This document shows positions 18,133 to 26,355 of a stretch of DNA of 64,000 nucleotides, in pieces. The stretch comes from Acidobacteriaceae bacterium (GTDB lineage: Bacteria; Acidobacteriota; Terriglobia; Bryobacterales; Bryobacteraceae). The first letter of the stretch is position 1, and each line of letters opens with the position of its first letter. Made by a program: the position numbers and the translations under genes. The DNA lies in contig JADCJL010000115.1 of assembly GCA_020247055.1 (NCBI GenBank), forward strand, positions 12,095 to 76,094, in the 5' to 3' direction. The notes under the pieces are model-generated. The model did no database searches. It saw only the letters and a list, made by a program, of their open reading frames with translations, and was not told the DNA's origin.

Positions 18133-18161
18133 ATTGTATCATTGCAGTTAACCCGTTTGAA
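18133..18161 (-). promoter_or_regulatory. possible sigma-70-type promoter for rpoD
   Basis: The minus strand reads TTCAAA-17 nt-TACAAT. It sits in a low-GC intergenic region about 95 nt upstream of the rpoD ATG. This is a pattern match only. Confidence 0.25.
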
Positions 18162-18255
18162 AGAACAAAGTTGAGTTGCGTTGGCCCGATCGCCCACATT
18201 AATAAAGATGTCGGCTGGGAAAAACGGTTTCAGCTCAATTTCGCGGCCGGGAGAT

Positions 18256-18723
18256 TCAGTGTTGGGAGCGGCGGGTGCGGAGCAGATTCTGCAGTTCGCT
18301 GAGGAAGGCCTGTTCGTCCTGAAAGTCCCGGTAGACGGAGGCGAAGCGGACGTAGGCAATCTTGTCGAGCTGGCGGAGTTCGTCCATGAGAATCTCTCCT
18401 ACTTCCGTAGTAGGCAGTTCTCGTTCCGGACTGTCCGCGATACGGCTCTCGATGTGGTCGACGATGGCGGCAAGCTTCGAGATAGGGATGGGGCGTTTTT
18501 CGCAGGCTTTGATGAGGCCATTCAGTACTTTCTGGCGCTCGAATTTTTCGCGCCGGCCATCTTTCTTGACCACCATGTAGGGGATTTCGTCGATTTTTTC
18601 GTAGGTTGTAAAGCGGCGTTCACAGGCGAGACACTGGCGGCGACGGCGAATGGCATCGCCCTCCTTGCTTTCGCGGGAGTCGATGACCTTGTCTTCAGAA
18701 TGGGCACAAAAGGGACACTTCAT
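18256..18723 (-). CDS. nrdR: transcriptional repressor NrdR
   Basis: I used the internal ATG at 18723, giving MKCPFCAHSEDKVIDSRESKEGDAIRRRRQCLACERRFTTYE (zinc ribbon) followed by an ATP-cone (VVKKDGRREKFERQKVLNGL). Confidence 0.93.
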   Translation of the reverse strand: MKCPFCAHSEDKVIDSRESKEGDAIRRRRQCLACERRFTTYEKIDEIPYMVVKKDGRREKFERQKVLNGLIKACEKRPIPISKLAAIVDHIESRIADSPERELPTTEVGEILMDELRQLDKIAYVRFASVYRDFQDEQAFLSELQNLLRTRRSQH

Positions 18724-19775
18724 GGCGTGATTTCGGATTCGATTGTTTTGAGAGAGCCCCAGGAGAGACCCTGCCGGGCAGCGAGGAGCAGACCGAACGG
18801 AACAACTACTACCCATGTAGCAATCCAACAGGCAATCGCGATGCCCATGGCGGGAGCAGCCTGGATGGCGAACAGTTGCGAGAGGACGAGGAAGGCGACG
18901 ATTTGGGTACCGCCGCCGATTCCGGGGATCTGGACGATACCGCCGAAGGAGACGAAGCCAAGGTAGACGACGACATCGAGGGCGGAGAGGGAGTTGGTTT
19001 GGGGGAAGGCCCAGAGGATGAAGGCGCAGGCGCCGAGGATGGCAGCCCATTCGAAGATGGTGTACAGAGTGATGAGGCCGATGTCGGCGGGGCGCCCGCA
19101 GGAGGCGAGGCCGGCGGCGAAGTTGGTGAGGGCACCGCTGATTTTAGCCTGGAGGGCGGAGGGCAGGAAGGCGAGAGCGTCGCGGAGGCGTTGCGTGAGG
19201 GTGTCACCGCCGCGGGCGGCGGCTATCAGAATGACGAGGCAGACCGCGCCGAGGAGGGTGACGAGAAGTCCGCCGGTTTGGAGGACCCATTGGAGGGCGG
19301 GGCCGATGGGTCGGCCGGTGGGGTCGAAGGCGGCGAGGCCGATTCCGAACAGCAGGAGGGCGGCGAGGAGGTCGTAGATGCGTTCGAGCAACCAGGCGGC
19401 CATTTGGGAGGGGAGGGTTACCTCTTCCGAGCGGGCGATGAGGTAGGGGCGAACGAGTTCTCCGGGGCGGCCGAACAGGGCGATGGCGGTAAAGCCGATG
19501 AAGGTATTGCTGAGAATGCGCCAGAGGGAGGAGTGGGGATTGACGCTACGGAGCATCACCTGCCAGCGGAGGGCGCGGGCGAGGTAGCTGGCAAGGACGA
19601 CGGCGGCGCCGGGCAGCATCCAGCGCCAGTCGATTTGGTTATAGACTTGGGCGAGGGCGGCCCAATCGAAAGCCGCCAGGCGCTGCCAGGAGAACCAGAG
19701 GAGGACCGGCACGAGCAAAGCGGCCGCGCCGAGGGCCCAGCGGCGATATTTAGAAGAAAAGAGAGAATCCGGCAA
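18720..19775 (-). CDS. UPF0104 / lysylphosphatidylglycerol-synthase-TM-region family integral membrane protein (flippase-like)
   Basis: It has about 8 predicted TM helices and the motif TFIGFTAIALFGRPGELVRPYL typical of this family. Its stop overlaps the nrdR start as ATGA. Confidence 0.8.
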   Translation of the reverse strand: MPDSLFSSKYRRWALGAAALLVPVLLWFSWQRLAAFDWAALAQVYNQIDWRWMLPGAAVVLASYLARALRWQVMLRSVNPHSSLWRILSNTFIGFTAIALFGRPGELVRPYLIARSEEVTLPSQMAAWLLERIYDLLAALLLFGIGLAAFDPTGRPIGPALQWVLQTGGLLVTLLGAVCLVILIAAARGGDTLTQRLRDALAFLPSALQAKISGALTNFAAGLASCGRPADIGLITLYTIFEWAAILGACAFILWAFPQTNSLSALDVVVYLGFVSFGGIVQIPGIGGGTQIVAFLVLSQLFAIQAAPAMGIAIACWIATWVVVVPFGLLLAARQGLSWGSLKTIESEITP

Positions 19776-19813
19776 ATCAGTGGCTACAAAATCAGAGCAA
19801 GTGCAATTCGCGC

Positions 19814-19838
19814 GAACTTATTATCCCAGATCCTCGTA
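19814..19838 (+). promoter_or_regulatory. putative autoregulated ECF-type promoter (GAAC-N17-CGTA)
   Basis: gcGAACttattatcccagatcctCGTAtt lies 55-80 nt upstream of the ECF sigma ATG and resembles the generic ECF -35 GAAC / -10 CGT architecture. Confidence 0.35.
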
Positions 19839-19892
19839 TTTGTTTTTGCCGGCCCGGACACGGGCCAGGGACAGAGTACAGGACAAGGCGAA

Positions 19893-20558
19893 ATGGCACC
19901 GGCGGCTACAGTTGAGCAACGAATTTGGGCGGCCGCTCATGGCTTGACGCCCCCTATCGGCGGGAACCATCGCTTGGACCAGAGTTTCGACTTCGATTTA
20001 CGGTTGGTGGAGCGCTGTTTGGCCGGCGAAGAGACGGCGTGGGAGGATCTCGTCAGGACGCACTCGCGCCGGGTGTATTCGATTTGTTATCGGTTTACGG
20101 GAACCGACAGCGAAGCGCAGGATTTGACGCAGGAGGTTTTTCTCCGGCTGTTCAAGACGCTGCGGCTGTTTCGCGCCGGCGAGGGTTCTTTTGCGGTGTG
20201 GCTCGCGCGGATGACGCGGAACCTGCTGATTGATCATTACCGGCGGACGAAGGCGAACCGGGTGACGGATTCGATTGAGGATCAGTTGCCGATGATCGAG
20301 GCGCGGACGGCGGGACAAAGGGGAGGGGCGGACGGTTTGCTGGCGGGGCGGGAGGCGAGTGAGTTGTTGCAGGCCGCGCTGCAGAAGCTGTCGCCGGAGC
20401 TGCGGGAGACGGTGATTTTGCGGGATCTCGAGGAGTTGGACTATAAAGAAATTGCGGCGGTTTTGAACGTTCCGGAGGGCACGGTGAAATCGCGGCTGAA
20501 CCGGGGGCGGGCCGAACTGGCCCGGCTGCTCAAGCGGCATCAGGTGGCACTGGTATGA
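19893..20558 (+). CDS. ECF (sigma-24 family) RNA polymerase sigma factor
   Basis: I used the internal ATG at 19893. Region 2 is DLTQEVFLRLFKTL...FAVWLARMTRNLLIDHYRR and region 4 is RDLEELDYKEIAAVLNVPEGTVKSRLNRGRAEL. Confidence 0.9.
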   Translation: MAPAATVEQRIWAAAHGLTPPIGGNHRLDQSFDFDLRLVERCLAGEETAWEDLVRTHSRRVYSICYRFTGTDSEAQDLTQEVFLRLFKTLRLFRAGEGSFAVWLARMTRNLLIDHYRRTKANRVTDSIEDQLPMIEARTAGQRGGADGLLAGREASELLQAALQKLSPELRETVILRDLEELDYKEIAAVLNVPEGTVKSRLNRGRAELARLLKRHQVALV

Positions 20559-21175
20559 AACTGAACTGCGCCGAATTCGAAATCCTGCTCTGTGACGCTG
20601 TGGACGGCCAACTGCGCGGCGAGGCGCAGGAGGGTTTTGCGGCCCACCGCGACAGTTGCGCGGCGTGCCGCGAGTATGCGGCCGAGGTGCTGGGCGCGGC
20701 CGCGTTTCTCGAGCGGGTGGCGGTGGTGGAGCCGCCCAAAGAGTTACTCACGAAGATTTTGTACGATCTGCCCGGAGGCGCGGCGCCGCGGCCGGGCGGG
20801 GCGGGCGGGCTGCGCGGCTTTCTCAACCGCTGGGTGGGGCCGGTGCTGGCGCCGAAGCTGGCGATGGGGATGGCGATGACGGTTTTGTCGCTGTCGATGC
20901 TGGCGAGTGTTTTTAAGGTTCCGCTGCGTCCTTTGAGCGCGGCGGACCTGGACCCGGTGAGGATTGTGGCGAGCGTGGAAGACGAAGCCCACCGCGCCTG
21001 GAGCCGGGCGGTGAAGTATTACGAAAACCTGCGGCTCGTCTTTGAGATTCAGAGCCGGCTGCAGGAGTGGACCGAGCAGGAAGAGATAGAACGGCAGAAT
21101 GAGTTGCGGAGGCAGACCGAGCGGCTTTCCGTACCCTCCGCGGCACCCGCCAAGGACACGCAGGCGAAACAGTAG
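20555..21175 (+). CDS. anti-sigma factor (zf-HC2 type) with one TM segment
   Basis: HRDSCAAC matches the H-x3-C-x2-C motif. A TM helix LAMGMAMTVLSLSMLASVF is present, and the start overlaps the sigma gene stop as ATGA. Confidence 0.75.
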   Translation: MKLNCAEFEILLCDAVDGQLRGEAQEGFAAHRDSCAACREYAAEVLGAAAFLERVAVVEPPKELLTKILYDLPGGAAPRPGGAGGLRGFLNRWVGPVLAPKLAMGMAMTVLSLSMLASVFKVPLRPLSAADLDPVRIVASVEDEAHRAWSRAVKYYENLRLVFEIQSRLQEWTEQEEIERQNELRRQTERLSVPSAAPAKDTQAKQ

Positions 21176-21191
21176 CAGGAGTTGGAGAACC

Positions 21192-21923
21192 ATGACGAGC
21201 GAACAAAACGCACCACCACCCCCGCCGGCAACGGCGTTTTGCCGGATTTGCGGCAAAACGCTCGAGACCGACGCGCAAAAGGTCGCCTTCGGTACGATTT
21301 ACTGCGCCGAGCATCTGCCCGCGGCAGAAACGAACGGCTCTCCTTGGACAACGACCGCGTCATCCGGGACGGTAACGCCGCCGGTGCCACCCTGGACGGT
21401 AGCGCCGACGGTGCCGCCACCGCCTCCTGGCGCGGTGAACCAGAGCGGTTCGCCCGGTTTGGCTTTTGTGCTCGGTCTGTTGCCCGGGGTGGGCGCCATC
21501 TACAACGCACAGTATGCCAAGGGCTTAGTGCATGTGTTGATTTTCGGCACCTTGATCAGTTTGGCGAACTCGCGCAGCCTGGGCGAGTTCCAGCCGCTGA
21601 TTGCGCTATTGATTCCGGCCTGGGTCTTCTACCAGGCGTTTGAGGCCTATCACACGGCGCGGCGCCGGCAGGCCGGCGAGCCGGTGGACGAGTTTTCCGG
21701 GCTCGTGGATGCGCCGGCCGGGCAGGCCGGATTGCCGATCGGGCCGTTGGTGTTGATCGGCCTGGGCACGATCTTCCTGCTGCACAACTTTGAGCTGGTG
21801 CGATTGGCCGATCTGTTCAAGTTCTGGCCGGTGGGCCTGATCGGCCTGGGGGCGTATCTGCTGTATCGACGGATGCAGCCGGCGGCCCCGGCGCCGAACG
21901 GGGAGGTGCGCCGTGACCAATAA
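21192..21923 (+). CDS. zinc-ribbon membrane protein with a C-terminal LiaF-like two-helix module
   Basis: I used the internal ATG at 21192, which is preceded by GGAG. The protein has a zinc ribbon (FCRICGKTL...YCAEHL), a Pro-rich linker, TM helices and the C-terminal module PIGPLVLIGLGTIFLLHNF...FWPVGLIGLGAYLLY. Confidence 0.65.
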   Translation: MTSEQNAPPPPPATAFCRICGKTLETDAQKVAFGTIYCAEHLPAAETNGSPWTTTASSGTVTPPVPPWTVAPTVPPPPPGAVNQSGSPGLAFVLGLLPGVGAIYNAQYAKGLVHVLIFGTLISLANSRSLGEFQPLIALLIPAWVFYQAFEAYHTARRRQAGEPVDEFSGLVDAPAGQAGLPIGPLVLIGLGTIFLLHNFELVRLADLFKFWPVGLIGLGAYLLYRRMQPAAPAPNGEVRRDQ

Positions 21924-22101
21924 TCTTTGCCGGGCGATCCGCGGGCCGATCGTACTGATCACCGTAGGGGTTTTGTTCGCGATGGATCAGGCGGGAAGTT
22001 TTGGCGTCCGGCAGTCGTGGCCGGTCCTGCTGGTGGTGCTGGGCGTGCTGAAACTGGGCGAGCGGCTGACGGCGGCGCCGCCGGCGCCGGGGGGGCACTA
22101 A
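21913..22101 (+). CDS. small membrane protein (62 aa) consisting of one LiaF-like two-helix module
   Basis: It starts with GTG. The sequence RGPIVLITVGVLFAMDQ...SWPVLLVVLGVLKL repeats the module seen in both flanking genes. Confidence 0.45.
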   Translation: MTNNLCRAIRGPIVLITVGVLFAMDQAGSFGVRQSWPVLLVVLGVLKLGERLTAAPPAPGGH

Positions 22102-22105
22102 AACC

Positions 22106-23530
22106 ATGCGGCGCCCCTCTCTGCTGGGACCTATCGTCTTAATCCTGATTGGATTGTTATTCCTCCTGCGGAACTTTCTGCCCGAACTGCAGTTGTTTGA
22201 TCTGTTGACCCGCTACTGGCCCTACGGGCTGATTTCCTGGGGCGTGGTCCGTCTGGCCGAGGTGCTGCTGGGGCGCCGGGCAGATGGCCGGGGAGTCTCG
22301 GGCGGAGAGTGGGTGCTGGTGGTGCTGGTGTGCCTGGCCGGTTCGGGGCTTCATTGGGGCAGACAGCAAAGCAGTTGGTTGGGCAACCGGATCTCGCTGG
22401 GCGCCTGGGAGCTGTTTGGGGAGTCTTATGAGTTTCCGGTGAACGGTTCGATGGAAGCGGGGAAGATGCCGCGGATTCTGATTGACAATGCGCGGGGAGA
22501 CACGCGGATTACCGGTGGCGACACCGAACAGGTGCGGGTGACCGGCACCAGGAGCATCCGGGCGCTGAACCAGGATGCGGCCAACCGGGACGACCAGGCT
22601 ACGCCGGTGCAGATTGTCCGCGAGGGAGACACGATTGTCATCCGGTCGACGCTCGACCGGAGCGGGACCGGACCGCAGGGTCGCGCGAACCTGGAGATTC
22701 AGGTACCGCGGGGGGCGCGCGTCGAGACGCGGGGGCGGTACGGGGATTTTGACCTCGAAAATGTAGACGGCGATGTGGAGATCAGCAGCGAGAACGCGGG
22801 GGTACGGCTCGCGAACCTGGGGGGAAACGTTCGGATTGACCTGCGGCGGAGTGACCTTGTGCGGGCGGTAGGGGTGAAGGGGAATGTGGAGGTAAAGGGC
22901 CGGGGCGATGACGTGGAGTTGGACAACATTGGCGGGACGGCGACGGTGGACGGGACTTTTTCGGGGGATGTCGAGTTCCGGAAGATCGCCCGGCAGCTGC
23001 GGTTTCAAAGCCAGTCGACCAGCCTGCAGGTGGAAAAGGTCGTGAGGACGCTGCGGCTTTCGGGCGGCGAGTTGACCGGGAGCGACGTGACGGGTCCGCT
23101 GGTGCTGCGGGCGAAATCGAAGGACGTGGAGTTGAACGGGTTTACCGAGGCGGTGTCGGTGGAGGTAGACCGGGGAGATATCACGCTCCGGCCGGCGGGG
23201 ATCGCGTTCGGAAAGGTGGCGGCGATGACCAAGGCAGGGGACGTGGAACTGGTGCTGCCGGCGACGGCGAAGTTCGCCCTCGCGGCCAGGACGCGGCGCG
23301 GCGAGGTGACCAACGACTACGGGCCGCCGCTGCGGATGACGAATGAGGAGCGGGGCGGGAGCCTGGAGGGGAGCGCCGGGGGCGGCCCGCGAGTGGTGCT
23401 GGAGACCGACCGCGGCGATATCCGCGTGCGGAAGGGCGAAGGCCTGCCGGCGCCGGCGATGGTGGAGAAGCCGCTGGACCCTCCGGCGCCGCCGGCTACC
23501 CCGCTTCCCTTACAGCGCAGTGTGCAGTAG
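22106..23530 (+). CDS. DUF4097 (LiaG-like putative adhesin, beta-helix) protein with an N-terminal LiaF-like membrane module
   Basis: The N-terminal module is LLGPIVLILIGLLFLLRNF...YWPYGLISWGVVRL. It is followed by repeated G-D/N-V-x-V/I turns (GDVEISSENAGVRLANLGGNVRIDL..GNVEVKGRGDDVELDNIGGTATVDG). Confidence 0.75.
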   Translation: MRRPSLLGPIVLILIGLLFLLRNFLPELQLFDLLTRYWPYGLISWGVVRLAEVLLGRRADGRGVSGGEWVLVVLVCLAGSGLHWGRQQSSWLGNRISLGAWELFGESYEFPVNGSMEAGKMPRILIDNARGDTRITGGDTEQVRVTGTRSIRALNQDAANRDDQATPVQIVREGDTIVIRSTLDRSGTGPQGRANLEIQVPRGARVETRGRYGDFDLENVDGDVEISSENAGVRLANLGGNVRIDLRRSDLVRAVGVKGNVEVKGRGDDVELDNIGGTATVDGTFSGDVEFRKIARQLRFQSQSTSLQVEKVVRTLRLSGGELTGSDVTGPLVLRAKSKDVELNGFTEAVSVEVDRGDITLRPAGIAFGKVAAMTKAGDVELVLPATAKFALAARTRRGEVTNDYGPPLRMTNEERGGSLEGSAGGGPRVVLETDRGDIRVRKGEGLPAPAMVEKPLDPPAPPATPLPLQRSVQ

Positions 23531-23541
23531 ACTGTCGGGCG

Positions 23542-24003
23542 ATGCTGCGACGCAATCTCTTGTTTTTGAGCGGAGCCGGACTGCTGGCTCAGGATAAGGT
23601 GGACCTGGCCATTGGCAAATGGCGTTATCTGCGGGAGATCTCGCGTTACGAGTCCGGGCCCGGGCCGAAGGAGTCCCAGCGGCAGTGGGTGCGGGACGGG
23701 GACGGGGTGCGGTTCCTGCACGATGGCACCAACATGGACGGCACGCCGTTCCATACCGAGTTCCGCGCCAAGTACGATGGCAAGCAGTATCCGTTCACAG
23801 GTGGCACCTTATACAACTCCGTGGCACTGACCTGGCGGAGCCCGAACCGGGTGGATCAGGTATTCGAACTCGACGGGAAGGTAACGGTGCGGACAACGCG
23901 GACGATTTCGCCGGACGGGAAGCGGATGTCGATCATCGCGCGGGGAACTCTGCCGACGGGCAAGCCGTTTGTCAACCGGATGGTGTACGAGCGGGTGAAG
24001 TAG
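23542..24003 (+). CDS. hypothetical exported protein (153 aa, beta-rich)
   Basis: It has a signal-like N-terminus MLRRNLLFLSGAGLLAQ and a non-repetitive composition. Confidence 0.55.
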   Translation: MLRRNLLFLSGAGLLAQDKVDLAIGKWRYLREISRYESGPGPKESQRQWVRDGDGVRFLHDGTNMDGTPFHTEFRAKYDGKQYPFTGGTLYNSVALTWRSPNRVDQVFELDGKVTVRTTRTISPDGKRMSIIARGTLPTGKPFVNRMVYERVK

Positions 24004-25005
24004 TTAGGGCGTGGCGGGATCTGGCTTGGCCGCGTCGACAACCGGCGGACGGCGGCGGCGCGGGGCGCGGGGCACGGGCTTGGCGCTCGCAAGAGTCGTC
24101 ATGGTTTCGAGCAGGGCGGTCTTCTGCGCGGGGTCGATCTGCAGCAGGTGGTGCTGCCCGGCGCCGGCCTTCCAGACGAGGGTGTGGCGGGGGGAGAGCG
24201 TGGCCAAGCCGGGGGCGGAGAGCGTGAAATACGGCTCCAGCTTGACGGCAGCGAGGACGGCGGCGACGGCGGCCGTGGGGGCGTCGTAGGGCATCGGCCG
24301 CGCGGCGCGGTAGGCGTCGGCGATGGGATGGGTCTCGGACCAGGCGAAGTTGGTTTCAAGCGCCGCAGCGGGGAACGGGAGCGAGGCGCCCAGCTCCGGG
24401 GTGACGATGTAGAGGGGAGCGGGCCATTCGGCGAGCAACTTTTGCGCCGCCGCGGGGTCGGTGCCCAGCCGGTCCGGGGCCCAGACGAGGGCGCGGGTTT
24501 TCTGTTTGATCAGCTCCTTGGCGCCCGGCAGACCAAGGACGCCGGCGAGGTTGGTGGCGGGTCCGGCGAGGACCGTGACGCAGTTCTGATCGTACTGCGA
24601 GGTGTAGGCGTTGCGGAGGACGGCGTGGACGTCGGCGGTGTCGTTCAACTGCAGGATGCCGTGGTTGTAGACGGGCTTGCCTTCCGGGTTTTTGCGGCCG
24701 AGGACGGCGTCGAGCAGCGGCGTAGATTCAGTGGACCTGCCGGCGATGGACATGCCAACGGGTAAGCCGCGGCCAACGGCGCCGAAATCGGCGCTGACGG
24801 TGCCGGCGTAGAAGCGGGCGACGACCTCGGCCATGGCGGCCGAGGCGAGGCAGTGTTTCGAGACCGTAGTAGCGACGACGCGGCACTCGTTCTTGCCATC
24901 CATTCCGTAGAGGACGGCCAAGGCGAGTACGGCGTCGATGGCGTTACCGAGGTCGGCGTCGAAGATGACGCCCAGGGGAGGCTTGGCCGCGCCGATGGCT
25001 TGCAT
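24004..25005 (-). CDS. inosine-uridine-preferring nucleoside hydrolase (IUNH)-like protein
   Basis: The N-terminal segment VIFDADLGNAIDAVLAL resembles the DxDxxxDD Asp cluster of IUNH-fold proteins. The gene has a basic, Pro-rich C-terminal tail and lies 6 nt downstream of the DUF1552 gene. Confidence 0.55.
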   Translation of the reverse strand: MQAIGAAKPPLGVIFDADLGNAIDAVLALAVLYGMDGKNECRVVATTVSKHCLASAAMAEVVARFYAGTVSADFGAVGRGLPVGMSIAGRSTESTPLLDAVLGRKNPEGKPVYNHGILQLNDTADVHAVLRNAYTSQYDQNCVTVLAGPATNLAGVLGLPGAKELIKQKTRALVWAPDRLGTDPAAAQKLLAEWPAPLYIVTPELGASLPFPAAALETNFAWSETHPIADAYRAARPMPYDAPTAAVAAVLAAVKLEPYFTLSAPGLATLSPRHTLVWKAGAGQHHLLQIDPAQKTALLETMTTLASAKPVPRAPRRRRPPVVDAAKPDPATP

Positions 25006-25011
25006 GGAGGA

Positions 25012-26355
25012 TTAGCTCAGGTTCAGTCCGTCGAGACGGCCGGTAGACTCGCCGAAGTGTTCGACGTTGACGCCCATGCGGTCCATCATGGTGAGGTACA
25101 TGTTCGAAATGGGGGTCTCTTTGCGGTAGACGATCCGGCGGCCGGTTTTGAACGCACCGCCCGCTTTACCGAACATGAGGGTGGGCAGGTCTTCGTGGTT
25201 GTGCCGGTTACCGTCGGACAGGCCGGCGCCGTAGACGATCATCGAGTTATCGAGCACGTTCGAATCGCCTTCTTTGGCGGCCTTCAGCTTCTCGAGCCAG
25301 CCGGCGAACTGCTTGACGTGATAGGTGTTGATCTGGGCGACCTTCTCGATCGAGGCCGGGTTGAACAGATGGTGGGTGAGCGGGTGGTGTCCGTCGGAGA
25401 TACCGATTTCGCGGTAGGAGCGCGAGGTGCCTTCGCGGGTGACGAGGAAGGTGACAACACGGGTCATGTCGGCCTGGAAGGCGACGGTGATCATATCCGT
25501 CATGAGCTTGAAGTGCTCGGCGAAGTCGGCCGGGATGCCGTAGGGCTTTTCGATGCCGGGGTCGATTTGCGCGGTATCGTTTTCCGCCTTTTCGAGCTGC
25601 TTTTCGATGGCGCGGATGGAGGAGAGATATTCGTCGAGCTTGCGGCGGTCGGTGGGGCCGAGGTTGGACTGGAGCTTGCGGGTATCGTCGGTGACGAAGT
25701 CGATGATGCTGCGGCGGAACTTGCCCTGGCGGGCGCGGGCTTCGGGGCTGAGGATCTGGCCGGTGCCGAAGAGGCGTTCAAAGAGCGCGCGCGGGTTGAG
25801 GATGGGCGGCATGGGCTGCGTTTCGCTGCGCCAGGCGAGGTTGTTCGTGTAAGCGCAGGAGTAGCCCGAGTCGCAGTCGCCGGCTTGGCGGCCGTCTTCG
25901 AGGCCGACTTCAAGCGAGGCGAAGCGCGTCTGGCTGCCGACTTTGTTGGCGACGATCTGGTCGCAGGTGATGCCGGCTTTGATATCGACGGCCGTTTTGC
26001 GGGGCTGAATGCCGCTGAGGTAGCCGCCGCAGCAGCGGCCGTGGTCGCCGGCGCCGTCGAGCAGGGCGCGGCCGCCGTTGTGGGTCAGGTTGCCGAGGTG
26101 GAGCATGTCGCCCTGGAAGCCGTCGAGCGGCTTGAGCAGGCGGGGCAGTTCGCCGAGCTGGCCTTCGGCCACGTTCCAGAGCTTATGGTCAACGATGCCG
26201 TTGGGCACGTAGACGAAGGCCATGCGCACGGGCTTTTTGCCGGGCAGCTGGCTTGAGGCGAGGGCGGGGGCCATGGCGTCCATGGCCGGGAGGGCGATGG
26301 CGGCGCCGAGGCCGCGGAGGAGAGTGCGACGGGGAAGAGCTTTGCGGGTGATCAT
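25012..26355 (-). CDS. DUF1552 family protein (Tat signal)
   Basis: RRTLLRGLGAAIALPAMDAM is a Tat signal. VYVPNG, the GDHGRCC region and the overall similarity pattern are typical of DUF1552, which usually pairs with DUF1592-type proteins. Confidence 0.85.
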   Translation of the reverse strand: MITRKALPRRTLLRGLGAAIALPAMDAMAPALASSQLPGKKPVRMAFVYVPNGIVDHKLWNVAEGQLGELPRLLKPLDGFQGDMLHLGNLTHNGGRALLDGAGDHGRCCGGYLSGIQPRKTAVDIKAGITCDQIVANKVGSQTRFASLEVGLEDGRQAGDCDSGYSCAYTNNLAWRSETQPMPPILNPRALFERLFGTGQILSPEARARQGKFRRSIIDFVTDDTRKLQSNLGPTDRRKLDEYLSSIRAIEKQLEKAENDTAQIDPGIEKPYGIPADFAEHFKLMTDMITVAFQADMTRVVTFLVTREGTSRSYREIGISDGHHPLTHHLFNPASIEKVAQINTYHVKQFAGWLEKLKAAKEGDSNVLDNSMIVYGAGLSDGNRHNHEDLPTLMFGKAGGAFKTGRRIVYRKETPISNMYLTMMDRMGVNVEHFGESTGRLDGLNLS

